Shown: positions 44,785 through 54,291 of the stretch, piece after piece
Numbering within the stretch: position 1 is the first letter of the stretch
How the letters are laid out: every line of letters begins with the position of its first letter
Assembly (NCBI GenBank): GCA_963719085.1
Contig: CAVRAL010000004.1
Span: 992,001-1,056,000, forward strand
Length of the DNA stretch: 64,000 bases
Origin: a candidate division FCPU426 bacterium
GTDB taxonomy: Bacteria > Oederibacteriota > Muellerivitia > Muellerivitales > Muellerivitaceae
Direction of reading: 5' to 3'
The notes under the pieces: model-generated
Told to the model about the DNA's origin: nothing
Seen by the model: only the letters and a program-made list of their open reading frames with translations
The model's database searches: none
Program-made: the position numbers and the translations under genes

Positions 44785-46887
44785 ATGAAAAATTTGGGAT
44801 TAAAAAATTTCTTCTTCATTCGGGCCCTGGGGTTCGTTTGTTTTGGTTTGGGTTTAGGGATGGCTTCAGCAGCTGGGGCCGCGGACAAGACCTATTGCGT
44901 GCAGGTGAATTATTCCGCCGTTCCGACCTTGGTGAACTACCGCAAAATCACCCTCTTAGTCAATGTGGGCACCTGCGCTTCCGTCGCGGTTACGGCGGAC
45001 GGGGCGGCGGTCTCCGCCACCTATAATTCCACCACGGGTATGGCGCTCTTCACGACCACCGGCTCTTCCATCCTGGTCATGGCGGTTAATTGGACAGCCG
45101 GTGGAACCGGCGCGGCCACCAAGGCGACACTCTATAACAATTATCATTGGGCCTATTCACTCACCTTTGATGACAATCGCCTATCCCAATACGACTATGG
45201 CAAGCCAGTTTTGGACTCCTTCGGCTGGAGGGCGGCGGAAGCGGTGGTAGGTTCCTGGGCCAATGGGGGCGGGGCATCGGGAAGCGGAAGCTATTTCATG
45301 AACTGGACCTGTCTGCAGGCCTTGAGGGCGGCGGGATGGGATATGTTGGACCATTCCTACGACCATCCCAACCCCCTGACCTGCAACGGCACGGCCACCG
45401 ATATCGTGCCTGAGTTGACTGAGAACCAGCCGCTTTTGCTCAAATATTTTCCCGGATACAACGTGACTCAAATGGTTTTCCCTTATGAGTCTTCCGGAGC
45501 CAATACCTGCGCGGGTTATCCCACGGCTTACCTTCTCTCGGCGGAGTGCGGGGGAGGATCCTATAATTTCGTGGATACGGCCCTGCCGTTCCAAGTCCAA
45601 CGGGGAGGCCTTTTCGGGACCGATGACACGGCTTGGAAATCGCTGGCGGCGGCGGCGGCCGGTAACAGCCGGCCCACTTGGCTCGTGGAATATACCCACA
45701 GTGTCTCGCAGGGCAGCGGGGCGGCAGCTGATCAGTACAGCACCAACCAGGCGACCCTGACGGATTTGCTGACCTATCTCAATAACAATTTCGGGACGCC
45801 CGGCAACAAGAGCATGTGGTTCGCGCCGGCGGGAGAAGTTCGGGATTACATCTTTACCCGGGACAACGCGGTCGTCACGACCTGCACCGCGGCGCCGACC
45901 CCCACCGCCACTTTGACTTTGTCTCCCACCCGGACCTTTAGTCCGACGCCGACCAAGACCGCCACGCCTACGGCGACTCGAACCGCGTCTCCCACCGCGA
46001 CCTCTTCGGCGACTTCGACGGCCACCAAGACGGTGAGCTTTACCCCCTCGGCCACGTCTACTCTCACGGTGACCAAAACAGCAACGGGTACTTCTACACC
46101 CACCGCCTCGCCTACGATTTTGGCGACGAAGACACCGACATCAACTCCCGCCCCGTCGTTGACTTCGACCCTGACTTCCATGCCTACGGCAACTTCGACG
46201 GAAACGAAAACCTTTACTCTAACCGCCACTTGCTCCTCGACGGCCAGCCCGACTCCTTCGGTCACGCCGACGGCGACCGCTTCGACGTCTTTCACGGCTA
46301 CCACGACTGCTACCCCTCCATTTACCTCAACCGTTTCTTCCACGCCGACCTTCACCCCGACGAAGACTCTGACAGTCACCTGGACTCCGACGCCTACGGC
46401 TTCCCCCACATTTACTTCCACCCATACGGCCTTGCCCACGGTAACTTTTAGCCCCACCTTTACCGTGACGCTTACTCCAACACCTGTGCCGCCCACCTTA
46501 ACTTTCACCCCAACACCGACCATGACGGAAACCGCCTCCGCAACTGCCTCGGCGTCACCCACAAAAACACTGACGGCTTCCCCGACGAGAACGCCGACAC
46601 CGATTCCGGTCCGAAATCCAGTCCTCTATCCCAATCCTACCAATGGCCTCCAACCGGTTCAGATCCGATTGCCCAATTACCCGGGGGTTGGAACCGTCAC
46701 GGTTGAGGTTTTCACGCCGGCTTTCCGGAAAGTGAACGCCGAAGGTTTTCCGAACCAGCCAGGTGGAAGCGATGTTCCCTTGCCGCTCACGGATCGAAAC
46801 GGAGTGTCCCTCGCCAACGGAATTTACTATGTGCTGGTCCAAAGCCCCGCGGGCCGGTCCGTTCTTAAATTGTTGATCCTGCGCTGA
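44785..46887 (+). CDS. Secreted NodB/CE4-like polysaccharide deacetylase + Thr/Pro linker + CTD
   Basis: SLTFDD, DHSYDH, VFPY and EYTH motifs. About 90 aa of unrecognised beta-rich sequence precedes the domain. Start placed at ATG 44785 (ORF track gives 44737). Confidence 0.8.
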   Translation: MKNLGLKNFFFIRALGFVCFGLGLGMASAAGAADKTYCVQVNYSAVPTLVNYRKITLLVNVGTCASVAVTADGAAVSATYNSTTGMALFTTTGSSILVMAVNWTAGGTGAATKATLYNNYHWAYSLTFDDNRLSQYDYGKPVLDSFGWRAAEAVVGSWANGGGASGSGSYFMNWTCLQALRAAGWDMLDHSYDHPNPLTCNGTATDIVPELTENQPLLLKYFPGYNVTQMVFPYESSGANTCAGYPTAYLLSAECGGGSYNFVDTALPFQVQRGGLFGTDDTAWKSLAAAAAGNSRPTWLVEYTHSVSQGSGAAADQYSTNQATLTDLLTYLNNNFGTPGNKSMWFAPAGEVRDYIFTRDNAVVTTCTAAPTPTATLTLSPTRTFSPTPTKTATPTATRTASPTATSSATSTATKTVSFTPSATSTLTVTKTATGTSTPTASPTILATKTPTSTPAPSLTSTLTSMPTATSTETKTFTLTATCSSTASPTPSVTPTATASTSFTATTTATPPFTSTVSSTPTFTPTKTLTVTWTPTPTASPTFTSTHTALPTVTFSPTFTVTLTPTPVPPTLTFTPTPTMTETASATASASPTKTLTASPTRTPTPIPVRNPVLYPNPTNGLQPVQIRLPNYPGVGTVTVEVFTPAFRKVNAEGFPNQPGGSDVPLPLTDRNGVSLANGIYYVLVQSPAGRSVLKLLILR

Positions 46888-47018
46888 CCGTTGTATCGGT
46901 CAGCACGGCAAAGCTTATGCCTCGGCTTGAGGCCTCAACATAGCCAGCGCTGAGCGTTGTATCGGTCAGCACGGCAAAGCCGTGGCTCAGCTTGAAACCT
47001 CGACACAGGCAGCGCTAA
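46881..47018 (+). repeat. Array of 2 hairpin units
   Basis: GCGCTGA at 46881 (includes stop) and 46947; closed by GCGCTAA at 47012. Confidence 0.9.
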
Positions 47019-47157
47019 TTTTTTGCCGGAATCGGCTGATCTTGGCACGTTTTCCTTCATTCAGTGAAGTCTTCTTTTGGCTTTGGCCCTTCCAGTCCTA
47101 TAATTCCCTCGGTTTTAAATTTCCTGGAATATTTCGGCCCGAAAGAGGACTAAGTCA

Positions 47158-47739
47158 TTGGGAGATCCTTTGGACGAGCGGCAATTGGTTCGTCGGGTTT
47201 TAGAGGGGGACGAACGGGCCCGCATGGAGTTTTACCGGGCCTATGAACAAAAGCTTTATAGCTTTTGCGTCTATACCCTGGGACACAACGATCCTGAAAT
47301 TGAGGACATCCTTCAGGAAGTCTTCCTGGTGGCTTTTGAAAAGCTGCGGGGGTTTGAATTTAGGTCCAGCCTGGATACCTGGCTGACCCAGATTTGCATC
47401 CACAAATGCTACCGCTATTTCCGCAAGAGATCGCGCTTGGTCAGCCAAGCGGACGAGGATTTGGAAAAACTTTTACACTCCCGGGCCTTGGAAAAGGCCG
47501 ATCAGGCCGAGCGGAGCCGGGAACAAGAAGCGCGGTTGAAAATATTCCGCCAAGCCATGGACCGGATGGGGGAGCCCTGCCGGAAGATTTTGGAACTGAG
47601 AACGAGAACCGGCGCCAGCTATATCGAAATCGGGCGTCAAATGAAGATTCCCATTGGGACGGTGATGTCCCGCTTGGCGCGCTGTACGCAGACCTTGAAG
47701 GGCGAAGTGGAACGGTTGTTAAAAGAGGGGCTAAAATGA
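47158..47739 (+). CDS. ECF RNA polymerase sigma factor
   Basis: Region 2 'EDILQEVFL..F..RSSLDTWLTQI' and region 4 'SYIEIG..IPIGTVMSRLAR'. Confidence 0.93.
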   Translation: MGDPLDERQLVRRVLEGDERARMEFYRAYEQKLYSFCVYTLGHNDPEIEDILQEVFLVAFEKLRGFEFRSSLDTWLTQICIHKCYRYFRKRSRLVSQADEDLEKLLHSRALEKADQAERSREQEARLKIFRQAMDRMGEPCRKILELRTRTGASYIEIGRQMKIPIGTVMSRLARCTQTLKGEVERLLKEGLK

Positions 47740-48389
47740 CCAATTTGGTCGATGAGTTTTTTAAGCGCAACTTAAGCGAAGCCGAGTCGCAAGACTTGGA
47801 CCAATTACTGGAACAATCCCCCCAAGAGGCCGGTCGGTTCGCTGAACGGATGAAACAGGAATATTTTTCCTTGGGGTTGCCCGCGCCTCAGTTGCCCAAG
47901 CATTTGGCGCACTCGGGTTCCGCGGCGGGACTTTCACCTTTAGTGTCCACTTTGGTGGCGGGCGGCTTCCTTTCGGCGGCGGCCTTGACCTGGTGGTTTT
48001 GGCCCGAACCCAAGGCCGCGATTTTGGCGCCTTCCGCGCCGGCGCCTTTGACCGCGGCCGCCGCTCCCGCGCCTCAACCCCGAATCCTTCCGGCCCCGCC
48101 GCCTCCGGCCATTCCCCAAGCCGTGACGGGCTCCACGGAAGCGGGGAACCGCTTAAACGTGGTAGTGGACTTGGACACCCAGGCTCCGGTCAAGGTTTGC
48201 GTCTTGGACCCGAAGGATCAAACGGTGCGGGTGCTATATGAAGGAACCCTTCCCGCGGGTAAATGGTCCTTGCGCTGGGACGGAAAACTAACCGATGGGT
48301 CCCGGGCCCCGGCGGGGGATTACCGGATCGAGGTTGAGTCCGGCGCCCATCGGATGACCCGTACGGTGAGCATCGCTCCGGCCCATTAG
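47736..48389 (+). CDS. Probable single-pass anti-sigma factor with C-terminal FlgD-Ig/CTD-like domain
   Basis: ATGA overlap with the sigma stop. Short helical cytoplasmic N-terminus, TM 'LVSTLVAGGFLSAAALTWWFW', Pro/Ala stalk, then 'VRVLYEGTLPAGKWSLRWDG..DG.RAPAGDYRI'. Confidence 0.72.
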   Translation: MTNLVDEFFKRNLSEAESQDLDQLLEQSPQEAGRFAERMKQEYFSLGLPAPQLPKHLAHSGSAAGLSPLVSTLVAGGFLSAAALTWWFWPEPKAAILAPSAPAPLTAAAAPAPQPRILPAPPPPAIPQAVTGSTEAGNRLNVVVDLDTQAPVKVCVLDPKDQTVRVLYEGTLPAGKWSLRWDGKLTDGSRAPAGDYRIEVESGAHRMTRTVSIAPAH

Positions 48390-48446
48390 AACTTGTCCCG
48401 CGTGCAACCGGCTTTCCTGAGTGATATGATTTTCAGGGAGGCTTGC

Positions 48447-50327
48447 GTGCGCCCACACCTGATTTTTTATCCTAAAAAAACTTTCCCGTTCGGGGCCGTC
48501 TTATTCCTGGTTTTATTTTTGCTCGCCTCGGCCCCGTCCCGCGCGGCGGCGCCGGGTTGCATCGGCTTCGCGGCCGTGGACGGCGACGATTCTCTGGGCA
48601 TGTCGATCGCGGGGGGAACCACGGGCGGCGCCGGCGGGACCGGGGTCACGGTTTCCACTCAAACCCAGCTGGAAAACGCCCTGGACCAGTCGGGCCCGAT
48701 GACCATTTTCGTTCAAGGCCTCATCTCGTTGATCCCTTACGGCACAACCGAAAAGGTTCCCTCTAACAGGACGATTCTGGGGGTGGGATGCGGTTCGGGT
48801 ATTGTGAACGGCCCGGTGGTAATGGATGACGTTTCCAACGTCATTTTACAAAATTTGGTGCTGGGCCAAATTTATGTGCCCGGAGATCCGGCGGGAAAAT
48901 GCTGCAACTGGGATGCCATCACCATTTGGCATTCATCCCACCATGTCTGGGTGGACCATTGCGATCTTTCCCACGCGGAGGACGGTCTTTGTGACATCAC
49001 GGACAAAGCCAGCTACATTACTGTTTCCTGGTGTCATTTTCACGACCACAACAAGGCCTCGCTGGTGGGCCGCAGCGACACGGCCACTTCGGACGCCAGC
49101 TATTTAAAAGTCACCTTCCATCACAATTGGTTTGATCACTTATGGATCAACACGCCCCGGCTTCGGTTTGGGATGGTCCACCTGTTCAATAATTATTTCA
49201 CCCATGTGGCCCAATATTGCGCTTGGGACACCATGGCGGGTCAGATGGTGGTGGAATCGAATAATTTCGGCGTCAGCGCCATCAATCCTTTCGTCATCGG
49301 CACCCCAACCCCCACCTACCAACCCCAGATCGCGGCGACGCCTGGGAACAATTTGTTTGATCCCACCGCCCTGGGCTCCCAAGATACTTTTGGAGCGGCT
49401 TTTAATCCGGCGACTTTTTATTCCTATGTTCCCGACAGCGCCTCGGCGGTGCCGACCCTGGTGCCGCCGGACGTCGGCCCCTGCCTGCCTACGCCGATTC
49501 CGACGCCCGTGCCCACGGTGGGGGCGGTTTGGCGGGTGGTGGCGGGCGGGCCCGCTTTCACCGACAGTCTGGGAAACTTTTGGTCGGCGGATGTCCAGTA
49601 CAGCGGCGGCTACGCTTTCGCCGTGACAACGGCGGCGTCCATCTCCGCCACTTCGGACCCGGGGCTTTATCAAACCGAGCGTTACGGCGATCTCTTCAAC
49701 ACGAACGACTTCACCTACAATTTTCCCGTGCCGCCGGGAAATTACCAAGTGACGCTGAAGTTCGCCGAAACCGACTTTACGGGTCCCGATCAGCGGATCT
49801 TTAATGTCGCGCTCAACGGCGTCCCGGTCTTGTCGAACTTTGACTTGGCGGCGGACGCCGGGGCGCCCAATAAAGCCGACGATAAAGTTTTTAATAATGT
49901 GGCCCCGGTGGGAGGCCTGATCACGGTTCAATTCACCGCGGGAAATCTGGACAGCCCCAAAGTGAACGCGCTTCAAATTGTTCCCCAGCCGCCCACGCCG
50001 ACCCCCACGCCTTATTTAACGCCCACCCCTACCCCGACGCCCCCGGCGCCCAATGGGAAGCCTTATGTTTATTCCAACCCCTCCAGCGGGCCCACGGTCC
50101 GGTTTGTCTACACGATGCAAGAAAACGGCACCGCCCACATAAGGGTTTGGAACGCCTCGGGCCAATTTGTGGCCGGGTTGGCCGACGCCCAGACCGTTGG
50201 TGTCCAGCAAAGCACGCTGGACATCCAAGCCTTCGCGCCGGGGCATTATTTTTATCAGGTCGATTTAAAATATGACTCGGGCCGGGAACAGCGCTTTGAT
50301 CCTGAGGTTTTGGCGGTTAAAAAATAA
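48447..50327 (+). CDS. Secreted PL1-fold protein (catalytic Arg apparently absent) + malectin + divergent CTD
   Basis: GTG start after GGAGG. Motifs TTGGAGG, WDAI, VWVDHC, DGLCDI, TFHHNWF, and NTPRLR in place of RxPxxR. Malectin 'LYQTERYG..VTLKFAE..RIFNV'. Confidence 0.85.
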   Translation: MRPHLIFYPKKTFPFGAVLFLVLFLLASAPSRAAAPGCIGFAAVDGDDSLGMSIAGGTTGGAGGTGVTVSTQTQLENALDQSGPMTIFVQGLISLIPYGTTEKVPSNRTILGVGCGSGIVNGPVVMDDVSNVILQNLVLGQIYVPGDPAGKCCNWDAITIWHSSHHVWVDHCDLSHAEDGLCDITDKASYITVSWCHFHDHNKASLVGRSDTATSDASYLKVTFHHNWFDHLWINTPRLRFGMVHLFNNYFTHVAQYCAWDTMAGQMVVESNNFGVSAINPFVIGTPTPTYQPQIAATPGNNLFDPTALGSQDTFGAAFNPATFYSYVPDSASAVPTLVPPDVGPCLPTPIPTPVPTVGAVWRVVAGGPAFTDSLGNFWSADVQYSGGYAFAVTTAASISATSDPGLYQTERYGDLFNTNDFTYNFPVPPGNYQVTLKFAETDFTGPDQRIFNVALNGVPVLSNFDLAADAGAPNKADDKVFNNVAPVGGLITVQFTAGNLDSPKVNALQIVPQPPTPTPTPYLTPTPTPTPPAPNGKPYVYSNPSSGPTVRFVYTMQENGTAHIRVWNASGQFVAGLADAQTVGVQQSTLDIQAFAPGHYFYQVDLKYDSGREQRFDPEVLAVKK

Positions 50328-50329
50328 AA

Positions 50330-51670
50330 ATGCGAGACGATCCTTTTTTCCCGCCGTTTCGCGCCAAGTTTTTTTGGGCGCCGTTTTTTAGACATGGGTT
50401 GATCGGTTTGTTGTGGCTCGCCGGTTTTTTAATCGGGCCTGGAGGCACGGGCGCGCAAACGGTGACCTCGGCGGCTGGGCTGGCGGACCCCTTGGAAAAT
50501 CTTCAGGGATCGGCCCGCGACCTTTCCTTGGGTTCGGCCTTTGTGGGCGTGGCCGATGACAGCTCGGCGCTTTTTTTTAATAGCGCGGGGCTTTCGGATT
50601 TAAGCCGGCCCGAGGTGGCGCTTCACCACAACAGTTACTTGGCGGGATCCTTTCAAGAAACCTTGACCGCCGGTTTCCCCGCGGGCGACCTGGGCGGCTT
50701 GGCCTTCGCCCTGGATTACGTCAATTGGGGAACCATCGATCTTCGGGATAATTTCGGCGCCTCCCAGGGCGACTTTAACGACAGCGATGTGGGTTTCACG
50801 GCGGGATGGGGAAGGGAATGGATGCCGGGATTTTCGGCCGGAATCGCCTTGCGGGCGTTGCAGCAAAAAGTGGTGAACGATCTTTACACCAGCCTGGCGG
50901 CGGATTTGGGATTGTTGTGGACGGTGGACCCGGGTTGGAAGCTCGGGCTTTCTTACCTGAATCTGGGAACGCCCGTGGGCGGAAGCGCCCTGACCCAAGA
51001 GATCAGATTGGGCGGTTCTTTTTTCACGGCGATAAACCCGCGCTTTACCTTACTCACCGCGATTTCGGGTTCCTATGTTCCCAATGGGCCGGGTGGGATG
51101 CAGGCGGGTTTGGAAGGGGTTTTAGACCATCAATGGGCTTTGCGGGTGGGATATCAAATTCCTTTTTACGACAATCAAGTCAGCGGGTTCTCCAATTTTA
51201 CCGCCGGGGCCGGCGTCAAGTTTTCCTCGTTGTCCTTGGATTACGCTTATTTGCCTTTCGGGAACTTGGGGATCTCCAACCGCGTCAGTCTTTCTTATCA
51301 GTTCGATTTACCCAAACAAATGGTTCAAGTGCCCGTCACGGTGATCGTGCAAGCGCCCCAACCGGCGGAGGCTTCGAAAGAGGTTGACCTGGAATTCAAA
51401 ATTCAAACCCCGCCGTCCGATCCGGTGACCGAAGGCCTGGCCTTGGAAAAGCAGGGTCAAGATACCCAAGCGGCGCAAACTTACGTGAAGGCCCTCCAGA
51501 CGGACCCGGACAATGACCGGCTTTGGAACGCTTTGGGCCGCCTTTATTACCGATTGGGGCAAAAAACCTACGCGATTCAATGCTTTGAGAAGGTTCTCCA
51601 GCTGGAGCCGAATAATCAAGCCCTTCAAAAATGGCTGGATCAATATAAAGCCCCGCCTTCGACCCCTTAA
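50330..51670 (+). CDS. PorV-family outer-membrane beta-barrel with C-terminal TPR
   Basis: 'SARDLSLGSAFVGVADDSSALFFNSAGL', 'AADLGLL', 'LDYAYLPFGNLGISNRVSLSYQF', followed by TPR 'LWNALGRLYYRLGQ..AIQCFEKVLQLEP'. Confidence 0.82.
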   Translation: MRDDPFFPPFRAKFFWAPFFRHGLIGLLWLAGFLIGPGGTGAQTVTSAAGLADPLENLQGSARDLSLGSAFVGVADDSSALFFNSAGLSDLSRPEVALHHNSYLAGSFQETLTAGFPAGDLGGLAFALDYVNWGTIDLRDNFGASQGDFNDSDVGFTAGWGREWMPGFSAGIALRALQQKVVNDLYTSLAADLGLLWTVDPGWKLGLSYLNLGTPVGGSALTQEIRLGGSFFTAINPRFTLLTAISGSYVPNGPGGMQAGLEGVLDHQWALRVGYQIPFYDNQVSGFSNFTAGAGVKFSSLSLDYAYLPFGNLGISNRVSLSYQFDLPKQMVQVPVTVIVQAPQPAEASKEVDLEFKIQTPPSDPVTEGLALEKQGQDTQAAQTYVKALQTDPDNDRLWNALGRLYYRLGQKTYAIQCFEKVLQLEPNNQALQKWLDQYKAPPSTP

Positions 51671-51807
51671 AACAATCGGTTAAACGGTTCTCCTTAGACT
51701 TCCCTCTAAAAAACTTAAAATGGAATAAAGCCGCCTCCCGGTGAATCTAAGCCTTTGGGACAACTTGTCCTGAACCGCTTTGAAGAGCGGGATCCCCGAG
51801 GTGGAAA

Positions 51808-54207
51808 ATGCCGGAATCGATCATCTTTTTGTTTTTACGGTTTAAATCGTTTTTAAAAAGCTTCCGCCACATTTCCTTGCCTTTAGCCGGACTTTTTTTT
51901 CTCCCCGCCGCGACCGTCTTCGGCCAAACCCTGATCATTACCGCCGCTCCTTATAACGCCACCACGGGCAGCGCCGACAACGCCGCCGCGATCCAAGCCG
52001 CCATCAACGCCGTGGGCAGCGGCGGCACGGTTGAGGTTCCCGCGGGTAATTTTTTAAGCGGTCCCGTGACCCTTAAAAGCAACATGACCTTTCAGCTTTC
52101 GGCCGGAGCCACCCTTCAAATGACGGCCATGGGGACCTTTCCTGTAAATATGGATTTCATTTACGGTTCCAAACTCTCCAATATTACGATCAACGGCTCC
52201 GGCGTCATGGATGGGCAGGGATTGGCCTGGTGGAATTATTTCAACGGCGGTGGAACGGATAACCGCCCGCCCGCCATGATTGAGCTCACCGGTTGCACGG
52301 GCGTGACGGTTTCCGGCATTTCGGTCATCAATTCGCCCAAATTTCATGTTCAGTTTCTGGGCAACGGCGCCAACATCCTGGCCTCGGGCCTGACCATCAC
52401 CGCTCCCTGGCCCTCGCCCAATACGGACGGCATCGACCTGCGGGGAACCAATGTCACGATTCAAAACTGCTACATCAGCGACGGGGACGATGTGATTCAA
52501 ATCGGCGGCTCCAACGCCTGCATGGGAATTACGGTGCAAGGCTGCACCTTCGGAACCGGACACGGTCTTTCCATCGGCAGCATCACCTCAGGCGGCGTAA
52601 GCAACGTGCTCGTCAACAATTGCGTTTTTAACGGCACCCAATATGGCCTCCGGCTGAAATCCAACAATACCGAAGGCGGAATTACCTCCAACGTCACTTA
52701 TTCCAACATCACCATGACCAATATTTTGGTGAACCCTATCTTGATGTACAGCTATTACCCGGATGTTCCCGCCAATCCCACCACGGATACGGGTTCGGCC
52801 GCCAACAGCACCACGCCTTATTGGCAAAATATTAAATTTGAAAATGTGTCGGCGGCCCAAACCGCCACCGGGTCGGCCAACGTGGGCATCCTTTGGGGAT
52901 TGCCCCAAGCGCCGGTTTCCAATGTGCTTTTTGACGCCTGCACCATCACGGGTTCCAAAATTATGGATGTGTTCAACACCCGGGGCGTGACGTTTGATTG
53001 CAACTGCCTGATCAATGGCAAGGCTCCCTCAAACTCCGCGGCCGTTACGACTTATAACGCGGCCATGGCGGGGGCTGACAACGTGCTTTTTGCCGCTTGC
53101 GGCCCCACGCCGACCTTTACAGCGACTTCGGTCCTAGCCACCCCGACCCGCACCGCCACGCCCTTACCGACCGCTTCCGCGACGCGCACGGCGACGCCAA
53201 CCGCGACCCGGACAGCCTCTCCGACCGCTTCCCCTACGAGGACGATGACCGCTACCGCGACTGCCTCGGCGACAGCGACGCGTACCGCGACGGCCCCCGC
53301 CACTCCAACCCTTACGGCCACGGTTCTTTCGACGGTTTCCGCTACGCCGACCCGCACCGCGACGGCAACCTCTTCCGCGACCGCTACAGCGAGCATGACC
53401 CGGACGGCGACCTTGGTTTTTACAAGAACTTCGACACCGACCCTGGCCATGACTTCTACACCGACCATGACCCGAACCTCGACGCCGTCTCTTACAGCGA
53501 CTCCACTCTCGACTCAAACCCCCACGGGCACTAGTACGCCATCCTTCACCGCGACCAAGACGGCCACCCCGGCGTTCACTTCGACGTCAACGTCCACCGC
53601 TTCGAACACGTCCACGCCGACCGCGACCCCTACGTCAACACCAACCTCGGTATTCACCCCAACCGCGACTCCCTCCAGGACGGCGACCTTGATCCCGACC
53701 GCCTCGGCGTCGGCCACGGCTTCGTCAACGGCCACGCCTTCCGCGACTTTAACCCCCATCCCAACCGCTTCTTTTACGGACACACCGACGAACTCTTTTA
53801 CACCCACACTCACCTTGACGGTAACGCCGGTGCCGCCCACTCCCACCCCGAGCGACACGGTCACCTTGACCCCGGTGATTGTGCCCACATCAACCGACAC
53901 CCCGACCTTCGGGCCGGGAGCGCCGCCTATTTCCAAACCGGTGCCTTTCCCCAACCCGACCCAGGGGGGGACGGTTCAAATTTATTTTGTCTTGGCCGCC
54001 GCGTCCTCGGATGTGAGGATCCATGTTTTCACCACGGCCTTTAGAAAAGTAATCACGGCCGACTTAGGCCCGCTTCCCGCCGGCGCCAGCACACCCACCC
54101 TTTCCCTGACGGACGCACAAGGCCGGCCTTTGGCCAATGGTCTTTACTATGTCGAAGTCTCTGATTCTCAAGGGCATTCCATCGGCAAGCTGATGGTTTT
54201 GCGCTGA
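51808..54207 (+). CDS. Secreted GH28 polygalacturonase + Thr/Pro linker + CTD
   Basis: All four GH28 motifs are present: NTDG, GDD, GHG, RLK. Confidence 0.93.
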   Translation: MPESIIFLFLRFKSFLKSFRHISLPLAGLFFLPAATVFGQTLIITAAPYNATTGSADNAAAIQAAINAVGSGGTVEVPAGNFLSGPVTLKSNMTFQLSAGATLQMTAMGTFPVNMDFIYGSKLSNITINGSGVMDGQGLAWWNYFNGGGTDNRPPAMIELTGCTGVTVSGISVINSPKFHVQFLGNGANILASGLTITAPWPSPNTDGIDLRGTNVTIQNCYISDGDDVIQIGGSNACMGITVQGCTFGTGHGLSIGSITSGGVSNVLVNNCVFNGTQYGLRLKSNNTEGGITSNVTYSNITMTNILVNPILMYSYYPDVPANPTTDTGSAANSTTPYWQNIKFENVSAAQTATGSANVGILWGLPQAPVSNVLFDACTITGSKIMDVFNTRGVTFDCNCLINGKAPSNSAAVTTYNAAMAGADNVLFAACGPTPTFTATSVLATPTRTATPLPTASATRTATPTATRTASPTASPTRTMTATATASATATRTATAPATPTLTATVLSTVSATPTRTATATSSATATASMTRTATLVFTRTSTPTLAMTSTPTMTRTSTPSLTATPLSTQTPTGTSTPSFTATKTATPAFTSTSTSTASNTSTPTATPTSTPTSVFTPTATPSRTATLIPTASASATASSTATPSATLTPIPTASFTDTPTNSFTPTLTLTVTPVPPTPTPSDTVTLTPVIVPTSTDTPTFGPGAPPISKPVPFPNPTQGGTVQIYFVLAAASSDVRIHVFTTAFRKVITADLGPLPAGASTPTLSLTDAQGRPLANGLYYVEVSDSQGHSIGKLMVLR

Positions 54208-54273
54208 GGCGGATATGCCTCCGCGCGCTCAAAGCTTGCGCCTCAACTTAGCGTCTTGGCCTAGAAGCGCTGA
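54201..54273 (+). repeat. Single divergent 66-bp hairpin unit bounded by GCGCTGA
   Basis: GCGCTGA at 54201 (includes stop) and 54267. Hairpin GCGCTGAGGC-GGATAT-GCCTCCGCGC followed by AAAGCTT..GCCTC as in the other units. Confidence 0.6.
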
Positions 54274-54291
54274 TTTTCCGGGAGGGAAGCC

